Shown: positions 28,606-38,321 of the stretch, one piece after another
How positions within the stretch are numbered: position 1 is the first letter of the stretch
Layout of the letters: the number at the start of each line of letters is the position of its first letter
Origin: Thermodesulfobacteriota bacterium
Lineage (GTDB): Bacteria > Desulfobacterota > Desulfobaccia > Desulfobaccales > 0-14-0-80-60-11
NCBI GenBank assembly: GCA_049322315.1
Contig: JBMORF010000076.1
Location: 73,221-137,220, forward strand
Length of the DNA: 64,000 nucleotides
Direction: 5' to 3'
Position numbers and translations under genes: made by a program
The notes under the pieces: generated by a model
What the model saw: the letters and a program-made list of their open reading frames with translations, nothing else
Databases searched by the model: none
Told to the model about the DNA's origin: nothing

Positions 28606-30177
28606 TCATATCTGAGGATGATATTCTTTCCTAATCTTGAGCATGAATTCCCGGAAAATATACATATCCTCGCCCATAGCCAGTGTTTGCAAGTACTTGA
28701 TCAGACGGGAAGGATTCTGACGATATACTGCCAGTAACTGGCGCCAGAATTGTCCCCGGTAAGAGGCTAAAACTCCCCGGCGCCAACAGAGGGTCACTAA
28801 GGCAAGGAGGGCGTAAAGCTGTGCGGTCAAGGGAGCTTTCGTCCGGGGGCGACTTGGGTTCGGGGGCGCTCCCCGCTTTTTGGCCAGGGCCGCCCGGGTG
28901 GGCCTGATCCTGAGAGCAAACCGGTAAGCCCGTTCCAAAAAATGGCGGGGCTCATAAAGGTCTTCCCATAAATTAAAGTATTCCGCCATGATTTCGGCTT
29001 CCGGCCTGGTGGGCACATAGCTGAGGGTCTTATCCACCAGATCGCTGTTAAATCGGTCTTCCAGCAGGCGTCCTTCCTGCCGGAGGCGATGCTGCAACTT
29101 GGTCCCGGGCAGAGGCACCAGGAAACTGACTTGGAGAAGAGGGGTGGCGGTCTCCTCCACCAGGGCGCGGATACGCTCGCCGGTTCCCGGTTTTTCCCCG
29201 TCCAGGCCGACAATAAAGCTGGCCAACACCCCCAGACCGTTGGCGGTGATGGTGTTAAGGCTATCTGAGAGGGGATTGCGCAGGTTATGATATTTATGGG
29301 CCGCGGCCAGGGCTTCCGGGTCCGGAGACTCAACGCCGATGAAGACCATACTGAAGTTGGCCCGGGTCATGAGATCGATCATTTCCAGATCCTGGGCCAG
29401 GTCCAGCGAGGTTTGCGTCCAGAAAGTAAAAGGCTCCCCCCGCTCCTCTATCCAAGGGATCAAGCGTTGCAGCAAGTCCACGGCATGATTTCGGTTGCCG
29501 ATGAAATTGTCGTCACAAACGAAAACTTCTTTCCTCCAACCCAGGCGGTAAATGGCCTCCAGTTCGGCCATAACCTGAGAGCTGTCCTTGATCCGACACT
29601 TACGCCCAAAGAGGCTGGAGACATTGCAGAACTCACAGGCATAAGGACATCCCCGGGTAGTCTGGATCCCCATGGTCAGATAATGGTGGATCTTGAGGAG
29701 ATCGAAGCGGGGAATCGGCGAGGCGGAAAGCTCAGGTTTTTGCCCCTTATCCAGGACCAACCCCCGGCGGCCTTCTTCAAGAGCGGCAAAGAATAACGGC
29801 AAGGTGTTTTCCGCTTCCCCTTTGATCAGGAGATCACAACCCGCCGCCATCAGTGCCTCAGGCTCGGAACTGGCATAGGGACCTCCCGCCACTACTATTT
29901 TGCCCCGCTGTTTTGCTTCTCGCACCAAATCCAGAAAAGGCAAACGATGGACCACCATGCCGGAAATCATCACCATCTCGGCCCATTCCCAATCCTCGGG
30001 AGTGAGAGTTTCTATTTCCAGATCCACCAGGCGCAATTCCCATTCCGGGGGGAGCAGGGCTGCCACCGTAATCAGGCCCAGGGGCGGGAAAAGGGCTTTT
30101 TTGCCGCTCAATCGGCATAATTCCGGCAACTTCCAGTACAACATCGGGGCCTGCGGTTGGATTAACAAGACCTTCAT
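28606..30177 (-). CDS. B12-binding radical SAM enzyme with a DUF4070-like C-terminal region
   Basis: N-terminal cobalamin-binding Rossmann region (MKVLLIQP..ISGMV..VVAGGP) and the radical SAM cluster 'TTRGCPYACEFCNV' (CxxxCxxC). 523 aa. Confidence 0.85.
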   Translation of the reverse strand: MKVLLIQPQAPMLYWKLPELCRLSGKKALFPPLGLITVAALLPPEWELRLVDLEIETLTPEDWEWAEMVMISGMVVHRLPFLDLVREAKQRGKIVVAGGPYASSEPEALMAAGCDLLIKGEAENTLPLFFAALEEGRRGLVLDKGQKPELSASPIPRFDLLKIHHYLTMGIQTTRGCPYACEFCNVSSLFGRKCRIKDSSQVMAELEAIYRLGWRKEVFVCDDNFIGNRNHAVDLLQRLIPWIEERGEPFTFWTQTSLDLAQDLEMIDLMTRANFSMVFIGVESPDPEALAAAHKYHNLRNPLSDSLNTITANGLGVLASFIVGLDGEKPGTGERIRALVEETATPLLQVSFLVPLPGTKLQHRLRQEGRLLEDRFNSDLVDKTLSYVPTRPEAEIMAEYFNLWEDLYEPRHFLERAYRFALRIRPTRAALAKKRGAPPNPSRPRTKAPLTAQLYALLALVTLCWRRGVLASYRGQFWRQLLAVYRQNPSRLIKYLQTLAMGEDMYIFREFMLKIRKEYHPQI

Positions 30178-30554
30178 CTTTTTCCTGTCTTAAGGGACGC
30201 TATTAACTTAGTCTGTTCCGAGTGGGGGCAGGCTGATTGTGTAGGCTGCAGTTTAGAGGATAACTGCTATTTTCCCCAAACTTTTATTTTAACAAATATT
30301 TTTGCAAAACCACCTAATTTCTGCGGGGGGCAGACAATATCCAACCATCCCGGCCCCTTGCGGCTGCACTCCTGTTGCTCCAGCCTGAAAAACTGCGGGC
30401 GGTTAGGTCAGGGAGAAGGCCCCTGGGAAGAATTTTTCTCCTGCCCACGGAGCATGAAGTGCTTTTGATGAACCTGTTAGAAAGGGGAGCTAGGTGAGGT
30501 TGAGAAGTTAAGGCCCAGGGCCCGGGCGTATAATTTCACAGGTTTTATGGCCAG

Positions 30555-31997
30555 TTAGGCGTTTATCCCCCGCCAGCCTTTGGCATAGTGATTATAGATA
30601 AACAACAGGAGGGCGGCTGCCAGGGCGGCCAGGGCAAAGGGCACCCAGACCCAGGAGGGGTCGTACTGATCCCACAGGATTTGCGTCACCGCGGCCGGGG
30701 ATTGGCCCAGCATCTCCGTTAACCTGGCAAAGGCCTGGGGGCGAGGCGGCAGCTTCTGGACCTGTAATACTTCGGACATATATTTCAGGGCCAGCCCTGC
30801 CTTTTCCCCGGCGCGCTCATAAATCCGCCCGGCCACCAAAGCCCCGAAGCCCCAGCCGATGGCATTGGGGATGTTGGCATAGCCCATGTACAGGGCCTTC
30901 TTATCCGGGGGCGCGATCACGCCCAGGTACTCGTTCAACTTCGGGGAGCAGAGCATCTCTCCCATCGAAAAGCAGGCGATGCCGCCCAGGCAGATGTAGA
31001 TGGACCTGCTTGACCCGGCCAGGTAAAGCCCCGCTCCGGCGATGACAAAACCCCAGAATATGGAAGTGAGGCGGCGCATCTGCCGGTTGACCAGCCAGGA
31101 TAGGGGCGCCACCAAAAGGATGATGAGGAAGGGGTTAAAATTGATCACCCATTCCTGGGCGATCTGGGGACCCCGGGAGACGTCCCGGGAGAGCATGAAG
31201 CCCGGGAGGTGGCGGGCCAGCGCGCTGCTGTCCACCCAGTCGACAATAAAGTTGGGCAGCATATCCCATAGCTGCGTGAACACGGCCCAAAAGAGAGAGG
31301 CAATCAGCAAGAAGGCCAGCAGGCGGAGGTCGAGGAGTTGTCGCACCGTCGTCACCGCTACCTGCAGGGCGCTGGTGGTTTTATCCGCGCCGGAATCCAC
31401 GCGGCGGTAGGACAGGAGCCAGAAGAAGTTCAAGCTGACCATCGCGGCACAGCCAGAAAAGACCAGGGGCCAGGAGTAACCGCAGAGAAAATGGGCCAGG
31501 GGCGCCCCCAAAAAACCGCCCAAATTGACCAACATATAAAAAATGCCCCAGCCCACTCCCGAGGTCTCCCGGGAGAGCATCTTGACAAAGGTCCCCTGCA
31601 CCGGGGGTTTGAAGATGGCGGTCCCCGCGGCCAACAGCAGGCAACCGGCAAAGAACGGCCAGAACTGGCGCTGGGTGGCCATGGTCAAGTAGCCCAGTAT
31701 TTTTAAGAAAATGGCTAGGACAATCTGTCTTTTATAGCCGTAACGATCGGCGCTGCCCCCGGTAAACACCGGCAGGGCGGATTGCACCAGGGCCCACCAC
31801 AAGAAGATGAAACCCTTATCTCCCTGGGTGAAGTGGAGGCCGCCGATTTCATCGGCCTGGGCGATATAAATGGGAATGACCACCCGCACGCCGTAGTAGG
31901 CCAGGCGTTCGGTCATTTCCATGATATTGGCGGCCCAGAAAGGCCAGGCCAGGCCTCGGATCTGGGCCCAGAAGGAGGAGGTATCCCGTTGGCTCAT
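30555..31997 (-). CDS. MFS transporter, POT/PTR2-like
   Basis: ExxERxxYYG-type motif 'EMTERLAYYGVR'. About 12 hydrophobic segments, 480 aa. Confidence 0.7.
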   Translation of the reverse strand: MSQRDTSSFWAQIRGLAWPFWAANIMEMTERLAYYGVRVVIPIYIAQADEIGGLHFTQGDKGFIFLWWALVQSALPVFTGGSADRYGYKRQIVLAIFLKILGYLTMATQRQFWPFFAGCLLLAAGTAIFKPPVQGTFVKMLSRETSGVGWGIFYMLVNLGGFLGAPLAHFLCGYSWPLVFSGCAAMVSLNFFWLLSYRRVDSGADKTTSALQVAVTTVRQLLDLRLLAFLLIASLFWAVFTQLWDMLPNFIVDWVDSSALARHLPGFMLSRDVSRGPQIAQEWVINFNPFLIILLVAPLSWLVNRQMRRLTSIFWGFVIAGAGLYLAGSSRSIYICLGGIACFSMGEMLCSPKLNEYLGVIAPPDKKALYMGYANIPNAIGWGFGALVAGRIYERAGEKAGLALKYMSEVLQVQKLPPRPQAFARLTEMLGQSPAAVTQILWDQYDPSWVWVPFALAALAAALLLFIYNHYAKGWRGINA

Positions 31998-32198
31998 GGG
32001 CTTTTAAGGGGACTATCTTACGCCATGCCGCCGTTATCTGCAATTTATTACTCGGAGGGTAAATGGAGGTTGATTTAGTCAATTTGATAAAGAAGTTAAA
32101 AATCAGTTTAACTTTGTTAATGTTTTTCTGTTTCCTGCCTCTAATAGCTAAGAATCATCGATTGCTGCCGCAATGTGGGTGATAAATGGGGGGAGAAA

Positions 32199-32429
32199 AT
32201 GAGAAAAGCAACGGTAGTTTTACTTCTCTTATTGGTGGTAAGCGGTTGTGCCGGTATGACTCCCACTGAGCAGCGGGTTTTGAGTGGCGGGGCCCTAGGC
32301 GCGAGCAGTGGCGCGGTCATCGGCGCGGTCGCGGGTTCTCCGGCCATAGGTGCGGCTGTGGGCGGTGGCGCCGGCCTGCTCGGCGGCTTGGTCTATGATC
32401 AGTACCAGAAATCTCAGGGAAGACCCTGA
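32199..32429 (+). CDS. Glycine-zipper lipoprotein (YMGG / 17-kDa-antigen-like)
   Basis: Start at MRKATVV. Lipobox 'LVVSGC'. 'GGALGASSGAVIGAVAGSPAIGAAVGGGAGLLGG' glycine zipper. Confidence 0.6.
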   Translation: MRKATVVLLLLLVVSGCAGMTPTEQRVLSGGALGASSGAVIGAVAGSPAIGAAVGGGAGLLGGLVYDQYQKSQGRP

Positions 32430-32565
32430 ACTATCACCATCAGCCGGTGCCCGGCCTAGTCCTGGGCCTGGTAATCCCGGTGGCCCCAGCCTGCCGGCTA
32501 AGGCCACTGGGATTAGTTTTTTGAGAGCGGCAGCGCCAAGGCGTACCTGCCGGCTTTTTCCCCAT

Positions 32566-32793
32566 TCACTGCGTCGAGCATTTATCCTGCTCTGCGGCTA
32601 CCGACCCTGGTCCGGCCAGGGGTTTGAACATCTTTTTGCTGGCGCCGCAACAAGGGCATTGCCAATCTTCCGGCAGGTCTTCAAACCTGGTGCCCGGGGG
32701 AATCTTCCCCTTTTTATCCCCTCGGGCCGGATCGTAGATATAGCCGCAGTTGCTCATCTGGCATTGCCACATATCTTCGAGTTTAGTAGCCAT
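32566..32793 (-). CDS. Rubredoxin with a C-terminal extension
   Basis: '[14 protein letters not shown]' (CxxC) and '[11 protein letters not shown]' (CPxCG). An aggag SD lies 5 nt upstream of the ATG. Confidence 0.8.
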   Translation of the reverse strand: MATKLEDMWQCQMSNCGYIYDPARGDKKGKIPPGTRFEDLPEDWQCPCCGASKKMFKPLAGPGSVAAEQDKCSTQ

Positions 32794-33270
32794 TGTCTCC
32801 TTTCTTTCGGTCAGCTGGAGTCGGCTGCCCTAAAATAAAATGGTAATCATTATTGATTGGTAATAACCATGATATATCGGGAATCAAGGGCCGCCGGCGA
32901 TAAAAATATACTTCCCGGGTGTTCCGGCATCCCCCTTTTTTTCTTGACATTAAGCTGGCTTGGCTAAAAAATTTAAGTATTTGGAGCAAATTGCCGTATC
33001 TTATCAGTGAGCCGAATAAGTTTCATATACATGCCGACACCAGATCTGACGTAAGCTGATAAACTACTGTCATGTCTACTAAGATTGGGCTCCACGAAAA
33101 GGCAAATCTGAATAAAGAGAGGCTAAGCTGGGGGTGGATCCTCCAGTCAATCTTCCCCAATAGACCTTCCTCAATATGTTCTCACCTTAAAATCCCCGGG
33201 GAATACACTTCTAGATCCAGGCGGAAGATGGAGGCGAAGTTCGTCGGCAATTTAGGCTTTGAGGTCCATA

Positions 33271-35241
33271 ATGAAGGATGAGGATAAGAGCAGAGAGCAA
33301 CTCTTGCAGGAGGTAAAAGAGTTGCGCCGGCAACTGTGGGAATCGGAACAGTCGGAAAAAAGCCGCAGTTTGATGGCTCAGAACTTGCTGAAGGAGAAAA
33401 TCCTCTCCGAAGCGGTAATAGAAAGCCTGCCAGGTATCTTTTATCTTTTTGATACCCAGGGAAAAATGATCCGTTGGAATGAAACCTTTGAGACTGTTAC
33501 CCGTTATTCCACGGAAGAAATTGCCAACATGGGACCCCTGGATTTCTTTGCAGATGCAGACCGAAAAAAAACCGAAACCGCCATTAGCCAGGCTTTTATC
33601 GAGGGCAAGGCCACGGTGGAAGCAGATCTGGTATCGAGAGATAACAGCCCCATCCCCTATCTGCTTTCCGGCAAACGGATAACCTTGGAAGGCCTGGATT
33701 ACGTGGTGGGCCTGGGCATCGATATCACCAAGCGCCGGCGTTTGGAAGAGGCTTTTCGGGACCTCTTTTTTTATGCCCCCATCGGCATCTATATTGTTCA
33801 GAAACGCAAATTGAGATTGGTTAATCCCGGATTCCTAAAAATTACCGGCTACAGCGAGAAGGAATTGCTGGGCAATGATTGTTTAGATCTGGCCACCTCC
33901 GAATACAAAGAAAGGATCAGAGTCTCGGCGGTGGATATGCTGAAAGGCAAAACCACCACCCCCTATGAATATCAATTCCAGACCAAGGGAGGAGAGATCA
34001 GGTGGGCCATGGAGTCGGTGACCACCACTTCTTTTAACGGCAAGAAAGCCACCATCGGCTACTTCATGGACATTACGGAGGTCAAGCGTCTGGAAAATCA
34101 GTTGACCCAGGCCCAGAGAATGGAGGCCGTGGGGATTTTGGCCGGAGGCATCGCCCACGACTTCAATAACCTGCTCACTGCCATCATGGGGTATGGGGAA
34201 CTCATGAAGATGGATCTGGATAAGAATGATCCCCATTACCACTATACCGACGAGATTATGAAAACCGCGACGCGGGGCTCCACCCTCACCCATCAGCTCT
34301 TGGCCTTCAGTCGCAAACAGATTCTCCAACCCAGCGTCCTCAGCATCAACAACCTGGTCAACAACATGGAAAAGCTGCTCCGGCGTCTCATCGGGGAAGA
34401 TGTCGAACTGGTGACGATTATTGACCCTGAGTTAGGAGCGGTGCGGGCCGATAAAGGCCAGATTGAACAGATCATCATGAACCTGGCGGTCAACGCCCGG
34501 GACGCCATGCCCTACGGAGGGAAGCTTACCATTGAAACAGCCAACGCCCTCCTGGATGAAGACTATGGACGCAGCCACCTGGACGTGGTCCCAGGCCCCT
34601 ACGTGATGCTGGCGGTAAGCGATAATGGCATGGGGATGGATACGCCGACCCAAGCCCATATTTTTGAACCCTTTTTCACCACTAAGACTTTAGGGCAGGG
34701 GACCGGACTGGGCCTGGCCACCGTTTATGGCATCGTCAAACAAAGCGGCGGCCATATATGGGTTTATAGCGAGAAAGGGCAGGGGACCACCTTTAAGATC
34801 TATCTACCCCGGGTGGAAAAGGCCGTGAGCGGCGCCGAGCCGAAGGCGGTGGTAGTCACCCAGCTTAAAGGTGCGGAAACCATTTTGGTGGTGGAAGACG
34901 ATGATACCCTGAGACAAGTAATTGCCAGGGGTTTGAAGAGGTTTGGCTATAAAGTGCTGACTGCCGCCAATGGCGGTGAAGCCCTGCTGACTTGCGAAAG
35001 AAGGAAGAGCCCCATCCATCTGCTGCTGACCGACGTCATCTTGCCCCAGATGGGGGGCCGGGAACTGGCCGAACGTCTCACCTCTCTGCGGCCCGATCTG
35101 AAGGTCCTGTACATGTCCGGCTACACCGAAAACGCCATCGTCCATCATGGGATTCTCAACGATGACATAGGCTTCCTGCAAAAGCCCTTCAAGGTCAACG
35201 TCATGGTCGAAAAAATCCGGGAGATCTTGGACTCCCCTTAA
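33271..35241 (+). CDS. Hybrid sensor histidine kinase (coiled coil, 2x PAS, HisKA, HATPase_c, REC)
   Basis: ATG at 33271 (the track uses TTG at 33259). '[19 protein letters not shown]', '[11 protein letters not shown]', '[11 protein letters not shown]', '[16 protein letters not shown]'. The C-terminal half is paralogous to 9550..12234. Confidence 0.9.
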   Translation: MKDEDKSREQLLQEVKELRRQLWESEQSEKSRSLMAQNLLKEKILSEAVIESLPGIFYLFDTQGKMIRWNETFETVTRYSTEEIANMGPLDFFADADRKKTETAISQAFIEGKATVEADLVSRDNSPIPYLLSGKRITLEGLDYVVGLGIDITKRRRLEEAFRDLFFYAPIGIYIVQKRKLRLVNPGFLKITGYSEKELLGNDCLDLATSEYKERIRVSAVDMLKGKTTTPYEYQFQTKGGEIRWAMESVTTTSFNGKKATIGYFMDITEVKRLENQLTQAQRMEAVGILAGGIAHDFNNLLTAIMGYGELMKMDLDKNDPHYHYTDEIMKTATRGSTLTHQLLAFSRKQILQPSVLSINNLVNNMEKLLRRLIGEDVELVTIIDPELGAVRADKGQIEQIIMNLAVNARDAMPYGGKLTIETANALLDEDYGRSHLDVVPGPYVMLAVSDNGMGMDTPTQAHIFEPFFTTKTLGQGTGLGLATVYGIVKQSGGHIWVYSEKGQGTTFKIYLPRVEKAVSGAEPKAVVVTQLKGAETILVVEDDDTLRQVIARGLKRFGYKVLTAANGGEALLTCERRKSPIHLLLTDVILPQMGGRELAERLTSLRPDLKVLYMSGYTENAIVHHGILNDDIGFLQKPFKVNVMVEKIREILDSP

Positions 35242-35341
35242 GAAGGTGCTTCTGTGTCTCCGCCAAGGTAAGGTCGAGACGCCTTTTCTTCTGACCAGAC
35301 GATTTATGGTAAACGCCGGTGACAGAGGAAATACACTTCTC

Positions 35342-35578
35342 TCATTTTTCCCGAAGATAGTCCCCAAGAAGTCCCCGGCTATGCTCATCCTCGTGGCAGT
35401 AGACGCAGAGATTCTCCCAGTTGGAGCCGTCCGGGGGGTTGTTTAAGGGATTGCCGTCCTTGTGGTGCACCGTCAACAACTGCCGATTGCGGTGGGTGAA
35501 TTCCCGGCCGCACTTGGCGCAGATCATCCCGTGGATCTTCAGGGAACGCTCCCGGTAGTTACCTGTTGGTGATTTCAT
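35342..35578 (-). CDS. yajD: YajD-type HNH nuclease
   Basis: 'YRERSLKIHGMICAKCGREF..LTVHHKDGNPLNNPPDGSNWENLCVYCHEDEHSR' is collinear with E. coli YajD. Confidence 0.8.
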   Translation of the reverse strand: MKSPTGNYRERSLKIHGMICAKCGREFTHRNRQLLTVHHKDGNPLNNPPDGSNWENLCVYCHEDEHSRGLLGDYLREK

Positions 35579-35623
35579 TGGATTATTCCTTTGTTGCTAA
35601 TTTGTTATCTCATATATATTTTT

Positions 35624-35680
35624 GGGCGAACCTTGTGTTCGCCCCGGAGTTCCAAGGGCGAACACAAGGTTCGCCCCTAC
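35624..35680. repeat. GEPCVRP-hairpin element, short form, copy A3
   Basis: gggcgaaccttgtgttcgcccc-N10-gggcgaacacaaggttcgcccctac, in the intergenic space. Confidence 0.85.
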
Positions 35681-35694
35681 GCTTGAATACCTTT

Positions 35695-36033
35695 TTATCT
35701 GCAACTCATTATAATCGAGGGTAAAGAGGTGAGCAATCCCTCCAAAAACCCATCAAATGCCGCGGCCGCCTCTTCGCTGGCGTATAAGACCACCCCGTAT
35801 TTCTCCAAAACCCCGTTGCCCAGGTATTCCTTTAGTTCCTTACCCTTCTCGAAGCCCAGGAATACGGTGCCCAGCTTGCAGCCCATCTGCTCCTTGGTGA
35901 GGAACAAGCTCCGTCCTTCCCCGGCCAGCTCCAGGGACAAATAATTGGTTGCCGGGAAAATTTTGGAGTAAAGGTGGCCTTGCCGGAGAAGGTCTGGTAT
36001 CTTATTTTTAATAAAATTTACCCAACCGCACAA
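35695..36033 (-). CDS. Hypothetical protein (start uncertain)
   Basis: ORF 35695..36126 overlaps the divergent rSAM gene, so a TTG at 36033 is proposed as the start. No motif was recognised (..GTVFLGFEKGKELKEYLGNGVLEKYGVVLYASEEAAAAF..). Confidence 0.3.
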   Translation of the reverse strand: MCGWVNFIKNKIPDLLRQGHLYSKIFPATNYLSLELAGEGRSLFLTKEQMGCKLGTVFLGFEKGKELKEYLGNGVLEKYGVVLYASEEAAAAFDGFLEGLLTSLPSIIMSCR

Positions 36034-36043
36034 ACAGCCATCA

Positions 36044-37114
36044 ATGATGAAACCTGGAAGTCCTTCCCCGGAACCTAAAATTCCGCCTCTCCGCCTCCTG
36101 GCCTGGGAGACCACCCGGCGCTGCAACCTGGCCTGCCTCCATTGCCGGGCGGCCGCGGGCTCCGGGCCTTACCCCGGGGAACTGAGCACTGCCGAAGGGA
36201 GCAAACTCCTGGACGACCTGGCCACCATGGGCCAGGTGGTGGTTATCTTGACCGGGGGCGAGCCTCTGCTCCGGGAGGATATTTTCGACCTCACGGCCCA
36301 CGGCCACAGATTAGGCCACCGCATGGTGATGGCGGTGAACGGCACGCTCCTCACCCCGGCCATTGCCGCGCGCTTAAAAGAGGTGGGCATTCAACGCTTA
36401 AGCATCTCCTTAGACGGGGCCACCGCGGCCGGCCATGACGCGCTCCGGGCCGTGCCCGGCGCGTACACCGGCGCGCTGGCGGGTATTGCCGCGTGTAAGG
36501 AAGCGGGCCTGCCTTTCCAGATCAATACCACCGTCACCCGGGCCAACCGGAGCGAACTCCCGGCCATCCATGAACTGGCCATTTCTCTGGGGGCCGCGGC
36601 CCACCACGTCTTCATCCTGGTGCCCACGGGCCGGGGCGAGGAGATCCGGGACCAACTGGTGCACCCGGAAGAATACGAAGAGACCCTGGGCTGGCTGCTG
36701 GCGCGCCAGAAGGAAGGCAAACTCTTCATCAAGCCCACTTGCGCGCCCCAGTATTACCGCCTCTGGCGCCAGGACGCGGCCGCCCGGGGGGAGAAGATCA
36801 CCCCCGCCAGCCACGGTATGGAGGCCATGACCAAGGGCTGTTTAGGGGGCCAGGGGTTCGCGTTCGTCTCTTATAAAGGGGAGGTGCAGCCCTGTGGCTA
36901 TCTGGAGTTGGTGGCCGGGAATATCCGGGAGACGCCCTTCCCGGAAATCTGGGCTAATTCCGAACTATTTCAGCAACTTCGCCGGGTGGACGACTACCAC
37001 GGCAAGTGCCATGCCTGCCAGTACCGCAAGGTCTGCGGCGGCTGCCGGGCCCGGGCCTATGCCCTGAGCGGCGACGTCCTGGGGGAAGACCCTATCTGCC
37101 CATATGAGGGCTGA
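36044..37114 (+). CDS. Radical SAM/SPASM haem-pathway enzyme (AhbC/AhbD/NirJ family)
   Basis: 'ETTRRCNLACLHCR' CxxxCxxC cluster. C-terminal SPASM cysteines 'CGYLE..GKCHACQYRKVCGGCRARAY..DPICPY'. Adjacent to an AhbA/B-like gene. Confidence 0.75.
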   Translation: MMKPGSPSPEPKIPPLRLLAWETTRRCNLACLHCRAAAGSGPYPGELSTAEGSKLLDDLATMGQVVVILTGGEPLLREDIFDLTAHGHRLGHRMVMAVNGTLLTPAIAARLKEVGIQRLSISLDGATAAGHDALRAVPGAYTGALAGIAACKEAGLPFQINTTVTRANRSELPAIHELAISLGAAAHHVFILVPTGRGEEIRDQLVHPEEYEETLGWLLARQKEGKLFIKPTCAPQYYRLWRQDAAARGEKITPASHGMEAMTKGCLGGQGFAFVSYKGEVQPCGYLELVAGNIRETPFPEIWANSELFQQLRRVDDYHGKCHACQYRKVCGGCRARAYALSGDVLGEDPICPYEG

Positions 37115-37161
37115 AAAATAAAAAATTTCTCGCAAAGGCGCAAAGACGCAAGAAATTGTCA

Positions 37162-37647
37162 ATGACTACGGAAAACGGAAAACGGAAAACGGAAAACGGT
37201 CCTTTAGACGACTTGGACAAGGCTATTTTGAACGAAATACAGTCCCACTTCCCCATAGTCTCCCAGCCCTATGCGGCGATGGGGGAAAGGGTAGGGGCCC
37301 CGGAGGCGGAGGTGCTGGGCCGGGTGCAGGCCATGGTGGACGCCGGCATTATCCGCCGCATCGGCGCCAATTTCACCTCCCGGAAACTGGGCTACACCAG
37401 CACCCTGTGCGCCGCCAGCGTGCCCCCTAACGAGGTGGAGCGCTTCGCGGAGACGGTGAACCATTACCCCGGCGTGACCCATAATTACCTGCGCCGCCAC
37501 CGGTTCAACGTCTGGTTCACCCTCATCGCCGAATCAACGGCGCGGCTGGAGGAGATTTTAGCCGAGATATCCAGGGTTACGGGTATCCAGGTCTTGAGCC
37601 TGCCGGCCTCTGAGATCTTTAAAATCAAAGTGGATTTCCCGGTGTAA
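37162..37647 (+). CDS. Siroheme decarboxylase subunit (AhbA/AhbB, NirD/L/G/H-like Lrp/AsnC fold)
   Basis: 'LDKAILNEIQSHFPIVSQPYAAMGERVG..EVLGRVQAMVDAGIIRRIGANF..GVTHNYLRRHRFNVWFTL'. N-terminal codons 3-12 are encoded by the acggaaa x4 heptamer tract. Confidence 0.75.
   Translation: MTTENGKRKTENGPLDDLDKAILNEIQSHFPIVSQPYAAMGERVGAPEAEVLGRVQAMVDAGIIRRIGANFTSRKLGYTSTLCAASVPPNEVERFAETVNHYPGVTHNYLRRHRFNVWFTLIAESTARLEEILAEISRVTGIQVLSLPASEIFKIKVDFPV
37168..37199 (+). repeat. Heptanucleotide tandem tract, acggaaa x4.5
   Basis: The perfect run acggaaaacggaaaacggaaaacggaaaacgg lies inside the 5' end of the ahbA/B-like ORF. Confidence 0.9.
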
Positions 37648-37657
37648 GAAAAAAATA

Positions 37658-37773
37658 ACCGCAGAGGCGCAGAGGACGCAGAGGGTCACAGAGAAAAGAT
37701 TTTGTATTTGGCGCTTTGCGCCAATACAAAATTATTATCTTTGCGGAACTCTGCGCTCTCTGCGTCTCTGCGG
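37658..37773. repeat. 'cacagag/gcagagg' nested long hairpin, copy D1
   Basis: ccgcagaggcgcagaggacgcagagggtcacagag ... ttttgtatttggcgc-tt-gcgccaatacaaaa ... ctctgcgctctctgcgtctctgcgg. Outer arms and inner palindrome are both self-complementary. Confidence 0.85.
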
Positions 37774-37786
37774 TGAGGTTTTCATT

Positions 37787-38320
37787 ATGGCGGATAAAAC
37801 CCCCAAAAATGCTTTACGCCAGGAATTGGCCGCCCACCTGGAGGCCCTGGCCCAACGGCTCCGCCAGGGAGAAGCGGGTGAAGATATTAATCTCGCTCCG
37901 GGCATTGAAGCTTACGTCCATATCAAAGAGAAAAAAGGGCGCCTGGCCGCCAAGGTTAGCATTAAATGGCTGCCTCCGGCCTACGCCACCCCGGATTTGG
38001 TTCCCTGCAAGGATGAGGGGTTGCAACAACTGGCGAGTTTTAAAGAGGTGAAGAAACGGTTGAACGGGCTTTTCCGGGAGTTGCAGAAAATCGCCAGCCG
38101 GGGGAATTTCCCGGAAGAAACCAAGCTACAGGATTTTATGGCGATTTCCCGGGAATTCAACCGCTTCGCCGAACCGGAGTGGCAGACGGAAATGCAGGTA
38201 TACTTGGACCACGTGGCCAACCTGGAACTGGCCTGGAAGAACCGGCAGTTGGAGATGTGGCAACATGAGTTGCAGGATTTGCAGAAGCAGATGATGACTT
38301 GCCATCGGGAGTATAAATGA
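37787..38320 (+). CDS. Amphi-Trp-like N-terminal domain plus XXXCH-type C-terminal domain ('GAK system' XXXCH-like)
   Basis: The N-terminal half 'LRQELAAHLEALAQRLRQGE..VHIKEKKGRLAAKVSIKWLP' resembles amphi-Trp domains. The C-terminus 'LQKQMMTCHREYK' carries the xxxCH motif. Assignment is from memory of the TIGRFAM descriptions, not from a search. Confidence 0.45.
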   Translation: MADKTPKNALRQELAAHLEALAQRLRQGEAGEDINLAPGIEAYVHIKEKKGRLAAKVSIKWLPPAYATPDLVPCKDEGLQQLASFKEVKKRLNGLFRELQKIASRGNFPEETKLQDFMAISREFNRFAEPEWQTEMQVYLDHVANLELAWKNRQLEMWQHELQDLQKQMMTCHREYK

Positions 38321-38321
38321 T

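Noticed and set aside
30178-30554. Cobalamin riboswitch upstream of the B12-radical SAM gene
   Set aside because: I looked on the minus strand for a B12 box (GCCACTG-like) and the conserved stems and found none.
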